Shown here: positions 1 to 14,630 of the stretch, piece by piece
Layout of the letters: every line of letters begins with the position of its first letter
Position numbering within the stretch: the first letter of the stretch is position 1
Assembly (NCBI GenBank): GCA_013239625.1
Contig: MU053557.1
Location: forward strand, 1,123,063 to 1,187,062
Direction: 5' to 3'
Length of the DNA: 64,000 nt
Source of the DNA: Lama guanicoe
Taxonomy: Eukaryota
The notes under the pieces: generated by a model
What the model saw: only the letters and a program-made list of their open reading frames with translations
Database searches by the model: none
What the model was told of the DNA's origin: nothing
Translations under genes and position numbers: made by a program

Positions 1-1220
1 GCTTATACCATGGAAATTCTATTACTTAATCTTTCCCTTACCTCATTCCTTAGCAATATGCTACTTTCAAAATAAAACTCTTTCTGAAGTAAATAGGTTT
101 CAGCTGTATTTGAGGAAACAGTATATTGTCTCTTCTGTCCAGGGGCAGCGTGTAAGGGATATAAGGGTGGAGGGGTTGGGGTGAGGAAAGAATGTGTCTC
201 TGAAATAGCTCAAACCTTGGACTTAGAGAAACAGACCACAATTTGGGACACCATGATTTGGAGATACTTTTAAAGACCACCACAGTTTGAGACCTATACT
301 TCCTGTGTTAATAGCTGTCACACTTTGCTGTGATTTAACCTTCTTGCTTTTTAAAAAATAACTCTTTAAAGAGCTCTCTTAATGGTCATTTGCTCAAACA
401 GTATGTCATCACTCTTTTTAAGCACCCAAGACAAGTGGGTGGTGTGGGGAAGAGTCTCATTTTAAAGCGGTAGCCACCTTTGTCTTGAGTCATCCTTTCT
501 TCCTTTCATCCTTTCTGGTATTATTGAAAACCAGCAGCATTTTAAAAATCATTAATCCTTATTGCCTCATAACTATGCTTATTTCTGGGGACTGATGTTT
601 GTCAGGCAGGCATCCTGTGTAAAAGCACCCCTATTTCAGATGCTTCAAAATGATCTTTGATCTTATTCGGAACTCAGCAGCTGTCTGTGGGATTCTTTCC
701 TGGCTTCTCACCTGATCTTTTCTTTCATCTCTGATTTGGCTTTGGGATTGTGATTATATTTTTTAGGGGATTATTTTTAAGTGACAGCATTGAATAGAAG
801 TGAGTGAATGTTCTTAGAAAATTGTCCTAAAGATATGCTTACAAGGGAAGGAGCTGAGACAACTACTTAGGTCATCTGGGCTCCTGAACACTTTATTTTG
901 AGTTCATGTGGCCTCCTCTGTCCATGGTAGCTGCTAGACTCATGCACTACTTCAAACCCCCAATCAGTCGTTTCACAAACTACCCAGGGAATCCTACTTA
1001 AGTACGTGAAGAGCACCAGAACAGGACAGAAACCGACACCATGCCAGATTGAAAGCCCAGTTACCCATAGTTCCCACTTCCTGATTTATAATTCACAGTC
1101 TTCACTATAATGATCTCAGAAATACAGATCTAATCTTGATGCTCCTCAGCTCAAATCCTGCAACGGTGTCTCCTCACATTGGGAAGAAAATATGAATTCT
1201 TACCTTTTGGTAGGAAGTTC

Positions 1221-1351
1221 TAGGGTGACTATATAATTCACTGTCCAAATTGGGACCGTTTGAGAGTAAAAAGAATGCTGTGAAAAATTACGTTTAGGCA
1301 ACAGGCAGAAACTCAGCCTATTCTGGACAATAGGAGCAGAGGGTTTCCCTA
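1221..1351. mobile_element. MER94-like hAT DNA transposon within an L2 fragment
   Basis: Begins tagggtgac and ends ccctaa (degenerate TIRs). Internal gtccaaattgggac..ttgagagtaaaa resembles MER94. Confidence 0.65.
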
Positions 1352-4300
1352 ACTAAAGCTGCCTGCAGACTCACCCCCCACCCCCTTCAGCCACTGTGCT
1401 CCAATCATACTGGTCTCTTTCGTGTTCTTAAAAGTGCTAAGATTTCCCCTCTGTGACCTTTGCACGTGCTACACACTTTATCTGAAATGCTTTCCACCTA
1501 GCACCTTGCATGGCTGGCTCTTCATCTGGTAGGTCTCAGGTTAACAATCGCCACCTCAGAGAGGCTGTCTCTGACCATCTGCTCTTGTGGCAGTCCTGTC
1601 TCCGTCATGCTCTATCCCAGGATACTGTGCATTTTTCTTACCACGTTGATTGTGATCATAAACTCTAGTTTTCTGTATCTCTGCTAACTTCTCTATCACC
1701 CAGCTCTCTGCTGCTCAGTCTGCATGGAGTCCCTATCTTCTGTTGTTACCTTTTAGGGTTTCACTCCCACAACGAGATTGACTCTTCTTTCCCAATTCCG
1801 AACTCCTAGAAAGTGGTACTGATTGTCCCAGCTTGGTTCAGATGACCTGTTCTGGTAAAGTCCCCTATCGTTAGGGGAGTGGGCCAAGTTGTATAAGCAT
1901 CCGTGCCAGGAACCCACATTTTCGGATAGGGACACTTAAGGGGCAGTGGGCAAAGGCATGGACTCTAAAACGTATGTAAATGGTTTCCTTTCCTCTCTCT
2001 GTCTGTGATTTCCTAGGGTAGGATTCTGGTGCTGTGTTCCCATCTCTCCTTTGTTCTTGTAATTTTTGACAGTATCTAGTTATATATTACATTCAATTCT
2101 CTTGAATAGAGCCATTTGGAATTGTTTTCTCACTGATTTGTCCAGTTTTACTTAATTGAGAGGCTGTTTTTGGCATCATGTAGATAGTAAACTGAATCTA
2201 GTGAATCATTTATTTGATCAAAGCACGGGTGCCATACCAATATTCTGAACTTGACCCTTGACATTAGGTCAAGGGGTTTATTCTGACATTAGCTGTTTTC
2301 TTTGAAAATTAGAGGGTTTATTCATTCATTCGTATGTTTATTTTGTCTGCATTGCAGATTAAAATCAGATGTATATTATGACACTACTGATTTAGTAATT
2401 CAATAAAACTGTTTTCTCCCCTTTGGCACAAGAAAAGCTAATAAAACGTGCACTCTCTGCTCAGAGTTAGGAGGCTCGAGGAGTAGACTGGGTCCTGTCA
2501 CTAATTAGTGGTGTGGTAATGGGAAAGCCCTTTAGCCTGTCAGCCTGGCCCTCCTTCATATCAGAAATGAGAGCATTGATGACGATTGTTTCTAAGTTAC
2601 CCTTAGCCCTAAAATTCTGAGATCTGTAACTGCCTTAGAAGGGATCATGTTATCGTTTGGCTCACAATTCGTTTTGGAAAAGCCTCTGGATGAAATTGTT
2701 ACTTCAGAGATAAGCTCTTTAGGAAAATTTGTGGAGGGAAATTTTTGTTTATTGTATTTTAAAGAATTAAACATCATAAGAGGAGTCACCCAGGTGCTGG
2801 AGTTGGTGAGCCTTGCAGAATACTTTTTCTCTCTAATAATGAAATTGATTGCCATCTTGCTGCATTTTTTTCTTGCCGACCTGATTCTTGTTCAGAAGAC
2901 TCAGAGGACAGTGCCAAGATGCAGACTAAAGTAAGAGCCATTATTTTTTTTACAGCAGATTAATGAGAGTGAATTAGAGAAAGCTTTCTGCTCTGTAAAG
3001 GTGCCACTTACAGTCATATAACATATGGCTCAGCACAGAATCGGGGAAATGCAAGTGGTCGTTGAATGACAAAGGCCAGAAACTGCTAATGATGTCATCT
3101 CAAGGAGCATGAGGGACACCCTGACCCAGTTGCTTCCCTGCTTGGCATTTCCAGTAATGAGAAGGACAGCTCTTTGTCAGTTGCAGAGTGACTTTCCCAT
3201 GAACCTCTCAAAGAGGGTTCACAGCATCTGCTCACCACTCACTAATGACACGAACAGTACTGCTCCTGGCATTGTCCCTCCCAAGAGGGGCATGGCTACA
3301 CAGTACTTCGTTCTGAAAGACTTTGGACAGCACTTAGCGATTCACAGAGGTCTAATGAACACATCTTGGTGAAATGATAGTTATTAGGACACCTACTGGC
3401 AGCTCAGTTCTTGCGTTTTTGTGCATCCAGATATTCTGGGTGTGTTTTAAGTGTTGTTTAGGTTGGCTTCAGTTTTCAATGATCTCTACTAATGAAAGGA
3501 AGTGGTTAATTCAAACCGGCAGATTTTTCAAGAGCAATCTTGGCATTGGTGCACATTTTGATGCAGAGATTTTAACCAAGGTATGCCTGATATCCCATCA
3601 GTTCAGATCAAGACTTAGCACACCAACAAAAAAAAAAAAAAAAGGAACTGTGAAAACTACAGTGTTTACTATTGCCTCTGCAAGTCCCCCACATCAGAAC
3701 TCTTTCACCCCTTAAATTCACTGCTGAGTCTGCAGAGAATCACATCATGGAGAGGCGAAGTGCTGGTCTAAAGCATGGCTAACTTATCTCTGTCAGAGTC
3801 TCTGTACCTTTTTACTCCTATTCAATTCAACACACACTGATTGAGCACTGTATATGAAGCATGGAACATGAAGGGACACACTTCATCCTGCGAGTCGTTG
3901 GTGTTTTGGATTCATAAGGGCTCAGACTATGTGAAGCTTATTTCTGTGTCCTGTGGCTGCTATGCAGTGAGTGTACATCAAATGTTTGGTGAAGGGATAT
4001 AAATTTGAATCAAGCTAGACATAAAATTCTTAAGTACAAACCCTTGGCATCCTTTTCTTACTTGGATGACATGGGGTTTTGTTTAAATAAGTACTTAAGA
4101 GTGACATTTACCATTATGAGGCTGTTTCTTCCAGGTTCATTCATGAATTGGAAAAAAAAAAAGCCTTGAACTTTTCCGGTTGATTTGGTAGGAGCAGCTC
4201 AGTGGGACTTCTTTATGCATATATTCAGATCATTAACTTCCTTCACAGAGCTGGGGTCACAGGATTATTTGTCCAGCAACATAGGGATCATCTAGCCAGC

Positions 4301-7279
4301 TCCTCCCACCCCCAGTTTTACAAATGAGGAGACCAAGGCCTGGGGATTTTAAGAGTTGTTCAGACATCTCACTACTAATTAGAGAGGGAGCAGTTACTGG
4401 AACTAAGGCCACCTTGAGTCTGGCTCTTTCTAATATACTAAAACCATGTCTCAAGCCTTGAATAATTAAGACGTGTAAGAAATGCCTTAAATTAGTTGAG
4501 TACAAAATGCACTTCAAAGGTGAATTTAGTATTCAGAGATCATTATTTCAGATCTCCAGCTGTTACAGAACAAGCTGCCTAAAACTCCAACATTAACAGA
4601 TGTCTGCTAAACACTTACTACTAATAATTGAAACAGTAATAACAGTGCTGCAATTAGCCTACAAGAACAGCAATAAAAAACCATACTGTTTTTATTCTCA
4701 CTTTTTAAAATAGGTATTAATTCATCTGTGTAGCACCTTGAATGGACATCCTGAATAAAGAAATTGAAAAAAAAAAGCTTCAAGATAGAGTATGTATTGG
4801 GGATGTTAAACTGTTTAAAAATTGTTAGTTAGACAGTACATTTGGGTTAGGGGAAAACAAACTGAGTGCAAAGAAAGAAACAAAGATGATCTGAGTTGCT
4901 GTTTACATGGTAAGGTTAAATGATGGCCTTCGTACTAGCGTAAGAAATGGCATAAAGATGAAATGACTGAGCAGCCTCAGTTTTTCCCTCTAACTGTTTA
5001 GCACCATTTGAGACAAGGTAGTTCATCTCTGATTTTGACCAAGGCCAGATATTTACTGGCCTACTCAGAAGACTTGTTTGTTCATTCGTTTCACAGATAC
5101 TTATTGAAACTTTTTTTTTCTTCTTACATACTAGAAAAGTAAACACATGATCTGATCTATATGGCCATTTTATTTTATTTTATTTTAAAACATAAATAAA
5201 ATTAGCATCGAATATTTACTACGTGTCAAGCATGTCGTCTACATACTCTCACTTAAGACTTAAAAGGAATTTTATAAGGGATGTTCTGTTATCCTTTGTT
5301 ATTGATAAGAGACTGAACAGTTAAAAAAATATGTAACTTGTACAAGGTCAGAAAATTAGTATTTTGAAGGGTGGGAATGAAATCCAAGAGTCTGTATCTA
5401 GAATATATTCTCTTACCTACTGTGAGTTATAGACTTTCATAGGTGGAGCTACAAAGTAGACAGTGGCTCTTAAAATTGGATCACGAGGTGGTTCACAAAC
5501 TCTTTTTGGAATCTAATGAGATAAAACTATTGCCTCTCAACCCAGGAAAAAAATGATAGTGCACACATGCATGCATTTGAAACATTTCAGTATTATTATG
5601 ACCTTTTGAATATTGTTCAAGGACCTTGCATGGGATGAGAGAAGAGGTTGTTATGTCTAAGGTCACAGCCACTCGAGGGGCAGAGCCATCTTTGAGCTCA
5701 CTACTTCAACTTCTGTGCTCTTAAACATGAGGAGTTGAGGCACCACACGCTTTAACAACTCTTTCAAGGTCACCTAGGAAGACTGTCACTAGTCCCTCCT
5801 CCCCGCCACACTACCATCCCTCCTACGTCTGATGGAATGGGAAACTCTTCCTAAAAAATAGATTAGAACAGGTTTAGAAGTGGATTCAGGTAAATGTACC
5901 ATCAACAGGAAAATCACAAATGAATTATTTTGGAAGAAGAATAAAAAGATACTATGGGAAAATAAAAATGTTCAGTTCTCTTTAAGGACTAATGAGATGG
6001 AACTTGTTTAGGAATGCCATCTGAGTGTTTAGGCTCTTTGAAAGAGGAAGCTAAGATACTAAAAATATTTGACATTAGTGTTTTCCTCTTACTTGCTTTT
6101 AAACACTACAAATAGTCCAACAAAGTTTGAAATACATGTCAATAAATATGTATAATAATCCTAGTTGCTCCAATTTAATTACAAACAATACTAGACTCAG
6201 TGGATTCCTACTTTTCCCACTTTATTCTTGGAGAGGGAGAATATTTCTATTTTTTAAACATTGTGCAGCTCTGAAAATAATGAGTCTTTTGTTTGAAAAG
6301 GAGCTTAAAGATAATCTCTATCTCTTTTTCACTAAATTAAATAATCTGTTTAAGTCTGTTATTTATTGTGACATTTAAGAACCTAAAAGACTATTGAAAG
6401 GAAATCTGTAAATTCTGACATTAACACACAGAAAAATCAATTTGATGAATGCAGGATTTGGATTCATTTTATTTTAGGTTGAAAATACACTTGAAATATG
6501 AGTTGTGAGTTTTATTAATCTTTTTATCCTTGGGGCCCCAATGCTGACACTCCTCCATTAGGCATTTGAGAAGTTACGGTGATGGACAGTCTGTCAGTCA
6601 GCCTCAGGCCGTGGGCCTTTCCCGCAGCCTAGTGGTCCAGTGATCAATATGAAGTGACCTAGTGAAAGCTCCCGCCGATTGCCGTCACATTGTAGCTCAC
6701 AAAGAATACAAATCTAACCAGTCTGATTTGCTGTGATATTTATTTGTCCTCAGGTTTGCTTCTCTTGGAGGATTCCTTTTTCCCTCAGTGCTCAATAAAT
6801 TACTAAAGTTAACTCAATATAACATGGCAAAACTCTTACGACACTGATGTTCTGAATCATTCAAAAACACCAGCTGTGTGAATGAGGGCACATTACTTAG
6901 ATCTGAGTCTCTTTCTGTTTCTTGCTCTCTCTCTAAATCTGAGAATGGGACTTACTAGCCTAAAGTTACTGCAAACATTCAGTGTGCTGAAGCAAATAAA
7001 ACAGTGCAGTGCTTGGCACTGAAATGGTGTTCAGTCAGTATTAACATATCATCTTACTGTTTATGAATTTTCAAAACTGTTTAAATGCCCCGTGGAGAAC
7101 TCTTTCAGATGAGATAGATGAAAATAATGTGTGAGATTTAAAAAAAAAAAAGCTTTCTTGATTTCGAATGAAAACAATGGATTCTTGCCTTAGCATTGCC
7201 ATTGTTTAATGGACCACAAGCTCCCAAACTATAAATTGAAGGAGATATGCTGGATCTACTTATTTGTAATTACTTGTAG

Positions 7280-7690
7280 TCAAAAATAAGCCCTTCACTG
7301 CAAAAGGCACTGAGATATAGCTGTGAATGAGACAAATTCCCTGCTCCCAAGGAGCTTCCATTGTGGGAGAGACAGGGGAAAATGTGCAAAAAAAAAAAAA
7401 AAGATAATTTTATAGTTGGAGGTGATAGCTACTGTAAAACAGGAAGATGGGATAGACAGCCAGTAAGGGCAGACAGGATCTACATTAGACACGGTGGTCA
7501 GGGAACACCTTTGAGGAGGTCACATTCAAGTCAGTTCCTCAATGATAGAAATAGCCTAGCTCTGGACAGCTCTGAGGAAAGAGCGTTCCATGCTCAGGAA
7601 ACACAAACATGAATGTAACTGAAAGTATTTTGGGTGGGAGAGGAGGTAGAAAGTGAAGTTAGAAATATGATGAAGGCCTTTCAGTGATCC
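7280..7690 (-). mobile_element. L2 fragment
   Basis: Typical L2 3' motifs such as ccctgctcccaaggagctt and ggtggtcagggaacacct. Confidence 0.55.
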
Positions 7691-8639
7691 TTAAGCTCTT
7701 TTCTTGATGTAATTTTGAAGTTTCTAAGACTGGACAGTAATTCTGATTTTCTCCTGTGGCTTGTAAGGAAATGAGATGGCGTTTCTGACATTCACTAACT
7801 GATACAAATCCTGGGCTCACTCACAGGAAAGATTTTTAAGTCCTTCATGTTCAGCGAGTAACAAAGGTGGGAAAATGTGCACCATTTTGGAAACATTTTT
7901 TTTAATATTTTGCTAAATTATAATCACTAAATGGTTCACATATTTATGTCCCAGACTTGTCAGAGCCAAGGGAGGAACAGAATCAAGGTAAAACATATTT
8001 CTTTCAAATAAATTAAAAGTAAAAACATTTCCTGAATATAAGTCTTGTTTCTGCTATTTGCAATGTTGCTTCTTTTATATGTGGAGGTTAATCTAGTGAT
8101 GCCTATAGGTAGAGCAATAACTTGTTAATGAGATACTGGTTTCTAAAATTAAAACAGTTATCAGTATCATTTTCAATCTAAATTAATGCTTCATTAAACT
8201 AATTAATAGCATAACAATAACTAGCACTTTTAGAGATTGTAATTAATCATGGTCACACAGTATTTCTTTACCAATCCATAGGCATAATGTGATCTTTTAG
8301 AAATCAGAATTTTTACATAAAGTAAGCGAAGATGTCATTTTACTTTACAGGGTGCCAATGTTGCAATATAATTAGATGCATAGGGTAGTATAAAGAAGTT
8401 GGACTGAATTTGGGAGAGATGAACTTTAACATTCTATACTCCCCTTCTCTCTTGATCTCTCTCTACCACTTACTGCCTCCTACACGGTCCTTTACACATC
8501 ACTTTCTCTCTAGATAAGTAGTTGATTCATTTGCGAAGTAGGAGAGTTGGACTAAATGACCCCCAAGATAGCTTGTATTTCTAAAAACGTTAGTTTGGGA
8601 AGATGGCATTCCTTAGGGAGAAGGTGACCTCATACGCTC

Positions 8640-9820
8640 CCACTGTGTCTTTTCACAGCTCTGTGCTGATAGCCCAAAATCTGTATCTCAAACTCTCTCC
8701 CGACATTGAGCCTTTTTACCCAGCGACTAACTGGATATTTCACTTTAGATGTGTTTCAGGTGCCTGAACTGCAGCTTGACTAAAACTGAACTCTTCATCC
8801 TCCCTGTTGAATTTACTCCTAGTGAGCTCCCTGTTTGAGGAAACAGTATCAACCACCACAAAGTCATCGAAGTCGAAGTACCTGGCTGTCAGGACTGACA
8901 GCTAATGAGTCGTTCAGTCTTGCAGGTTGTAGTTCTGAAGTGTCTCTCGCCACCCGTGGTGCTCCATCTCACCACCCTAGCTTCTGGTTCCCATGTTGTC
9001 TTCTCTAAGCGCGGCATCTAAGAGCCATCTAACTGTTCTCGCTGCCCTGCGTTATGTGACTGCCCTACATAATCCTTTCTCTTCACTGCCTCCAAAGCAG
9101 TCTCTCTGAAAGGGGAACCAATGATGTTGCTTCTCACTATGCCAAAGTCTCAAATATTACGCATGTCCTTCAAGGCACCTGCAGCTTGGCCCCTGCCTAC
9201 TGATTTAGCTGTATGTTTTGCCACTTTCTTCTTTGCTGCTGTGATTCATCCACCCTCTCTCTTGTATGGGACTTTGAAAATCGTGGCTATTCTTTCGGGA
9301 AAATTGTTCTTCCCAGCAAGTTCCTTTTTCAGCATGGGCTTACTATAACCCAACTTTAAATTTAGAGAAATTATATCCCATATTAAACCCTCCAATGGCT
9401 TCCCATTACAATTAGAATAAAATCTATACTCCTTTATTTTGTAGGATAAAACCCATATTCTTATAAGGGTCTGCATGATCTGTCTCCAGCTGAGTTCTTT
9501 GTCCTCAGGGTTGCCAAAGTTCTAACTTTACAGAAATATTCCTATCCAAGATCATTACTTGATTGGCTCCTATGCAGTATTCTTGTCTCAGTTCAAATTT
9601 AAATCACCATTCCTCCACTAGTCAATCTCTTTATTGGTTTAAAAGTGTGTATCACTGTCTGAAATTACTTTATCTTTTATTTTCTCAATTGTTTATTACT
9701 TTTTCCTCCAAATTGTAAATTATACACTTTCTGAGGGGCTTTATCTGTCCTATGCAGTATTATGCCTTAATTTCTAAGATAGTTTCAGGCATATAATAGA
9801 TATTGAAACATTTGTTAACT
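8640..9820 (+). mobile_element. L2 fragments
   Basis: ctggatatttc..aaaactgaactcttcatc; ccctccaatggcttcccat; L2 3' end near 9800. Confidence 0.6.
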
Positions 9821-9961
9821 CGTAGGTGAAATTCACCACTTAGCATCCTAGGGGAGGACTTCCCTGATTTCCTGGCCCAAAACCAAATTCAGTATATTCC
9901 TAAATTACGATATCTATATCTATTTTTATCTATACTTTGATGTAATGAACCATAATTATAA

Positions 9962-10901
9962 TTTTAATAGCTATATTGAGGTACAATTCTTTGAAGTACA
10001 AAGAACCACACATATTTATGTGTACAGCTTGACAAGTTTGAACATAAGCAGACACCTGTGATACTGTCACCGCGATGAAGGTAACAGACACCTCCCAGAG
10101 TTTGTGTGTCCCTTTGTTGGTGGTGGTGGGTTTTTTTGGTTTGTTTGTTTTTATTTGTTGTTGTACTGTTGTTTTTTGATGTTGTTTTATAAGGACACTT
10201 TACATGAGATCTACCCTCTTACCACATTTTGAAGTGCACAGTACTGTATGGTTAACTGATGGTCCTACTATGTATAGCCGATCTGTAGAATTTACTTACG
10301 CAGCATAACTGAAATTTTGCATCCTTTGAATATCCGCCCTCCATTTGTCCCCAGGCCAGTCCCTGGCCACCTCTGTTGTATTCTTTGCTTCTGTGTTTGA
10401 CTATTTTAAATACCTTATAGCAGTACAGTCTTGTGGCGTTTGACCTTACGTGTCTGGCTTATTTCACAGCATAATGTCCTCCAGGTTCATCCACGTTGTC
10501 ACACATGACAGGATTTCCTTATCTTTTAAGGCTGAGTAATATTCTATTATATATATATATATATATATTCATTCCATTCTTCTATTGATAGATGCTTGGG
10601 TTGTTTCCATATCTTGGCATTGTAAATAGTAATGCATTGAGTCGATATCACTGAGATCCTGATTTTAGTTCTCTTGGATGTAGACTCAGAAGGTGGAAGG
10701 CTGGATCATAATGTCGGTCAGTTTTTAAGTTTTTGAGGCACTTCTGTACTGCTTGCCAGAGTGGCCGTACTATTTACATTCCCATCAACAGTGCACAAGG
10801 GTTCCCATTTCTCCACAATCTTGCCAATACTTGTCTTTTTTTTTTTAAATAATACCCATCCTAATAAGTGTGAGGTGATATTTCACTGTGGTTTTGATTT
10901 A
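9962..10901 (-). mobile_element. L1 (L1MA/MB-type) 3' fragment
   Basis: gcataatgtcctccaggttcatcca, aaggctgagtaatattc and tacattcccatcaacagtg are the antisense L1 ORF2 end/3'UTR. Confidence 0.85.
10548..10568. repeat. (TA)n microsatellite within L1
   Basis: tatatata run seen directly. Confidence 0.9.
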
Positions 10902-11939
10902 GACACATATGTGATAAAATGAGGAGACACAATATTCTGTCTATTTGAAGGTTTTGGAAGAAAACAATGAAAACAGTAGGAAGTAACAAGATTAAGGAGA
11001 AGATGTTGGTTAGAAGAAATAAGTGTAGCTAATGTACAGAGAGAATTAGGTCAGTTGAGAATGGGAGACCCAGTCCTAACTTCCTTTGCTTCTTGTCAGC
11101 TTTCTACTTGCAGTAATGTTCTATTGGATGGTGGGTCCTGTATGGCAGTCTTTGTATGAGGTCTTACTCTTTATGATACACCTCTTTTCATAGAGTATCT
11201 GAGTAAGCTTCTGTTCTTTGTAGTGAATCAGGCCTTAGTCAAATAAAAAACTTGGTTTGTTCAAATGGTTCTGAGTGATAGAAAGAGAAACAGGGCTTGA
11301 ATTCATCAATGTGCTAACCAATTCCCTGCTTTGGAAGTTAATGTTTATCAGCTGACATGTATGTTCTCTTCAATATCTGTAGAAGACATTTAAGGATATC
11401 TTTGCTATTTCAAGACCTGGCCTCAGAAGTATTTCTGGCTTTGTGAGTTTGCAGCCCATCCAGCTGGTGGAATATATCCAGCTTCCTCCATGGAACATGC
11501 CATGGTTGCCATCTCTCAGAAAGCACTGGCTCCACCACCCTCCTGCTCTGGACCCCTCCACTTTGAACTCTGTTTCCCACTGAGTTTTAGTTTGTGATTT
11601 TTTATGAGCTGTCTTACTGCTAACTACAATCCAGTCTTCCTGTAGCAACAGGTTATTAGTAGCCCAAACAAATATTTTGATTTATATTCCTTAGAATTCT
11701 AGAGGAGACTTTTTTAGGTATCCCAAGTGCTTTGCGGGCAAAGGTTGCTAATTGATTGACTGACTGATTGTCGATTCTTTTAGTCTGGAAAGAAATGATC
11801 TCCTAGTATTAGGCAGGAAAAAACTAGGCAATATAGAAAGAAAGTGAATCCCTCAATGTCAAGTAGAGCCAGAATTAGAAACTTTCTTCCAATCTGGTAG
11901 TCTTGAAGTACCTTCTCCAAACTATGTTTTATCCATAAA

Positions 11940-12175
11940 ATGGTTAAATGCTGGGGTTCTGAAGTCAGATGGCCTCAATGCAACCCACACTGTGTCACTT
12001 ACTAGCTATAATGACTTAGGAGAAATGGCGTAGCCCCTTCAGCCTCACTCTCCTTGTTCTTTGGAGATAATAAGTGTCACTGACTCATAGAGTTTTTGTG
12101 AGGATTAAGTGACATAATATATGTAAACCATTTGCCATGGTGCCTAGTACACATTAAGTACTGAAAAATATTTCC
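11940..12175 (+). mobile_element. MIR SINE
   Basis: tcacttactagct..gtgaggattaagtgacataatatatgtaaa..gtgcctagtacac. Confidence 0.75.
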
Positions 12176-13159
12176 TATCACTGCAGTAGCAGTACACAGT
12201 GTGATAAGTGGCTGATTAAAGTCAAGTCAGATCAACTATTAATGTTCAGCTAAGGACCTATTCCCAGTGCTTTGCCAGGTGTCCCAGGAAAATGCAAAAG
12301 AAATGGAATACTGTCTTCAATTTCATGATGCTAATAAAGCAGTTGGGTGGAAAAGGTTGCCTGTGAAAATGTACTCATTTAACAAGCACTTACTGAGTAT
12401 TTGGCCTTTATAATGAAACAAAGATTCTTACTCTAGTAGAATTTACATTCCAGCTTGGGGAGACTGGCAATAATCAATAGTCTTAATAAAGAACTTACTT
12501 GTAAAGTATGAGGGAATTAGGTTTTAAAAAGAGTAGATTAAGGAATGCAGTTTGAAATAGGGAAGTCAGGTATACCTCCATGGAAAGATGTCTGAGAAAG
12601 ACTTGAAGGTAGTGAAGTAGTGGGCAGTCATAGAATCAGAGGCTCACTGTGTGGTAGACCACCCAGTCTGCTTATTGTGGACCTTGGAAGGACTCAAGAA
12701 AAGACTCAAAGGAGAACAGAGATAAGGCGTTTAAGGTGGGAGAGAATAACAGGATACAGTTCTCGGTTCATTTACACTTCCATTAAACACTGAGTGATTA
12801 TTGAGTACTTTCTCTATTAGCTAAACTAGAGAAAGCTTTAAGGAAAGAGAAATATCCAGAACACAAGTTGATAATGTGGCTTATAGATCACTATACCTTC
12901 TTCCCCTTTCCACATCTATAACAAAAATTATTAATAGATAAAACCAAGCATATGAACAGCCTCAGAGTCCCTCTCAACATATCACTCCAGGAGAGCTAAA
13001 TCAACACATCATAGATGACTTGTGAAATGTTGCTCTGTGCTATCATTCTGCAAGACTTCATTGACATTTAGGGCAGATCTGCTATCAGGAGTCTTCTGAC
13101 ACTCTTTTCCACTTACAGGTATTTTTATCCTTCTTTCTCTCTCTCTCTTTTAATCATTT

Positions 13160-13330
13160 TAAAAGATAGACTTTATTTTTTTAGAGCAGTTTTAGGTTCA
13201 CAACAAAACTGAGGGGAAAGTACAGAGATTTCCCACATACCTCACACATGCATAGCTTCCCCCATCATCAACACCCCCTGCTAGATTGGTACAGTTGTCA
13301 CAACTGATGAACCTGCAGTGATACATCATT
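13160..13330 (-). mobile_element. L1M 3' end
   Basis: ttttagagcagttttaggttcacaacaaaa..gtacagagatttccca. Confidence 0.75.
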
Positions 13331-14479
13331 TGTATTTCTTCCTGTTTTATTTACAAAATCCTCTCCTATCAGTGTCTCACAACAGCAGTTTTAGATGAGA
13401 TACTTTTTTTTCACTTGTAGGTTAAAACCTGGTGCATAAATGTTGTAAGTGACTGCCTACATAACGTGGTGGAGGTTACCCGTATCAAATGATCTGTACC
13501 ATGGATTTTGATGATGACTGGCAAGTCCACAACTACAGTCCTGTTTCTTTGTGCTGATGTATTTTGTCACGCTTTACTGTTTTATGGTTTACTATTCTCT
13601 CCATCAGTACACCTGAACTTATAATACTGTGCTTTCTATACATACACTTCAAACCTAGAAGTTTCTTCTGGTTCCTAAAGCAATGATGTTTAGAATCCTT
13701 GTATCTTATGAACTAATGTGTTTCTGTGTCCACAGTGACTTCATCCCCATTCTAGTTAAAAGGCGAGCATCTCAGCCCCTCTGTTGCCTAAGTGGCGTGT
13801 TAAATTACAAGTGTTCCCACACTCTGTCTAGGACAGAAAATGCAGGACTGTGTTACTGATTGAGGAGCTTGGGCTTTTTAAGTACAATATAAAAATCAGA
13901 AGCGAATCAAAGCCAACGGCTTGGGAAAGGAAAAAAAAAAACAACTGAGTTGCCACATCATTACAGGACATTTTGAAGGAATTGTAAAAGCTTTTTCCAG
14001 GCTCAGATAAGGTACTTGGTTCAAGAGAATAAAAATGTTTACCACCAAAAAGCAAATTTCATCAATGAAATTTGTGAGAGGAATCCAGTCTCTATTTCAG
14101 GGTGTTGTCCTGCTTCCTGAAAGTTGGACAGTGGTGTTCTGAAAGCAGGTGCTGATGGCCTATTTATTTCTAGTGTCCCACATGGCCTCTTGCTGTGGCA
14201 ACAAACTCAGATCACCCTTGGTAGGAGATGGGGTGTGGTGGAGAGCAGTGTTTTGGCAAGCATTTTGGGAAAGGCTGCACAGTCCCACTAGTATCAAGCT
14301 TACACGGCGAGGCCGTCGGAGACCTAGTCACATCCCTGTGGTGGTTTATTTCACTGTATGCATAACTAGAAATACGAACTTAACTAAAATGATGTACACA
14401 CAAATGCATTTGTAGGATGAAAGAAAGGGAGGAAGGGAGAGGGAAGGATTCTACAGACAGAACAGAAACCAGAGGAATA

Positions 14480-14630
14480 GTGGTTATACATAAAATAGAT
14501 GACAAGGTCCTTCTGTACAGCACAGGGAACTATATTCAGTACCTTGTGATAACCTGTAGTGAAAAACCTATGGAAAGGAAAATATATATATATATTTATA
14601 TATATATAAAGAGAATATATATGTATATAA
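14480..14630 (+). mobile_element. L1 3'UTR fragment
   Basis: aaaatagat..caaggtccttctgtacagcacagggaactatattcagtacc. Confidence 0.75.

Noticed and set aside
13500..13560. Possible C/D box snoRNA (gatgatga...ctga)
   Set aside because: Only about 45 nt box to box, with no terminal stem and no C'/D' boxes.
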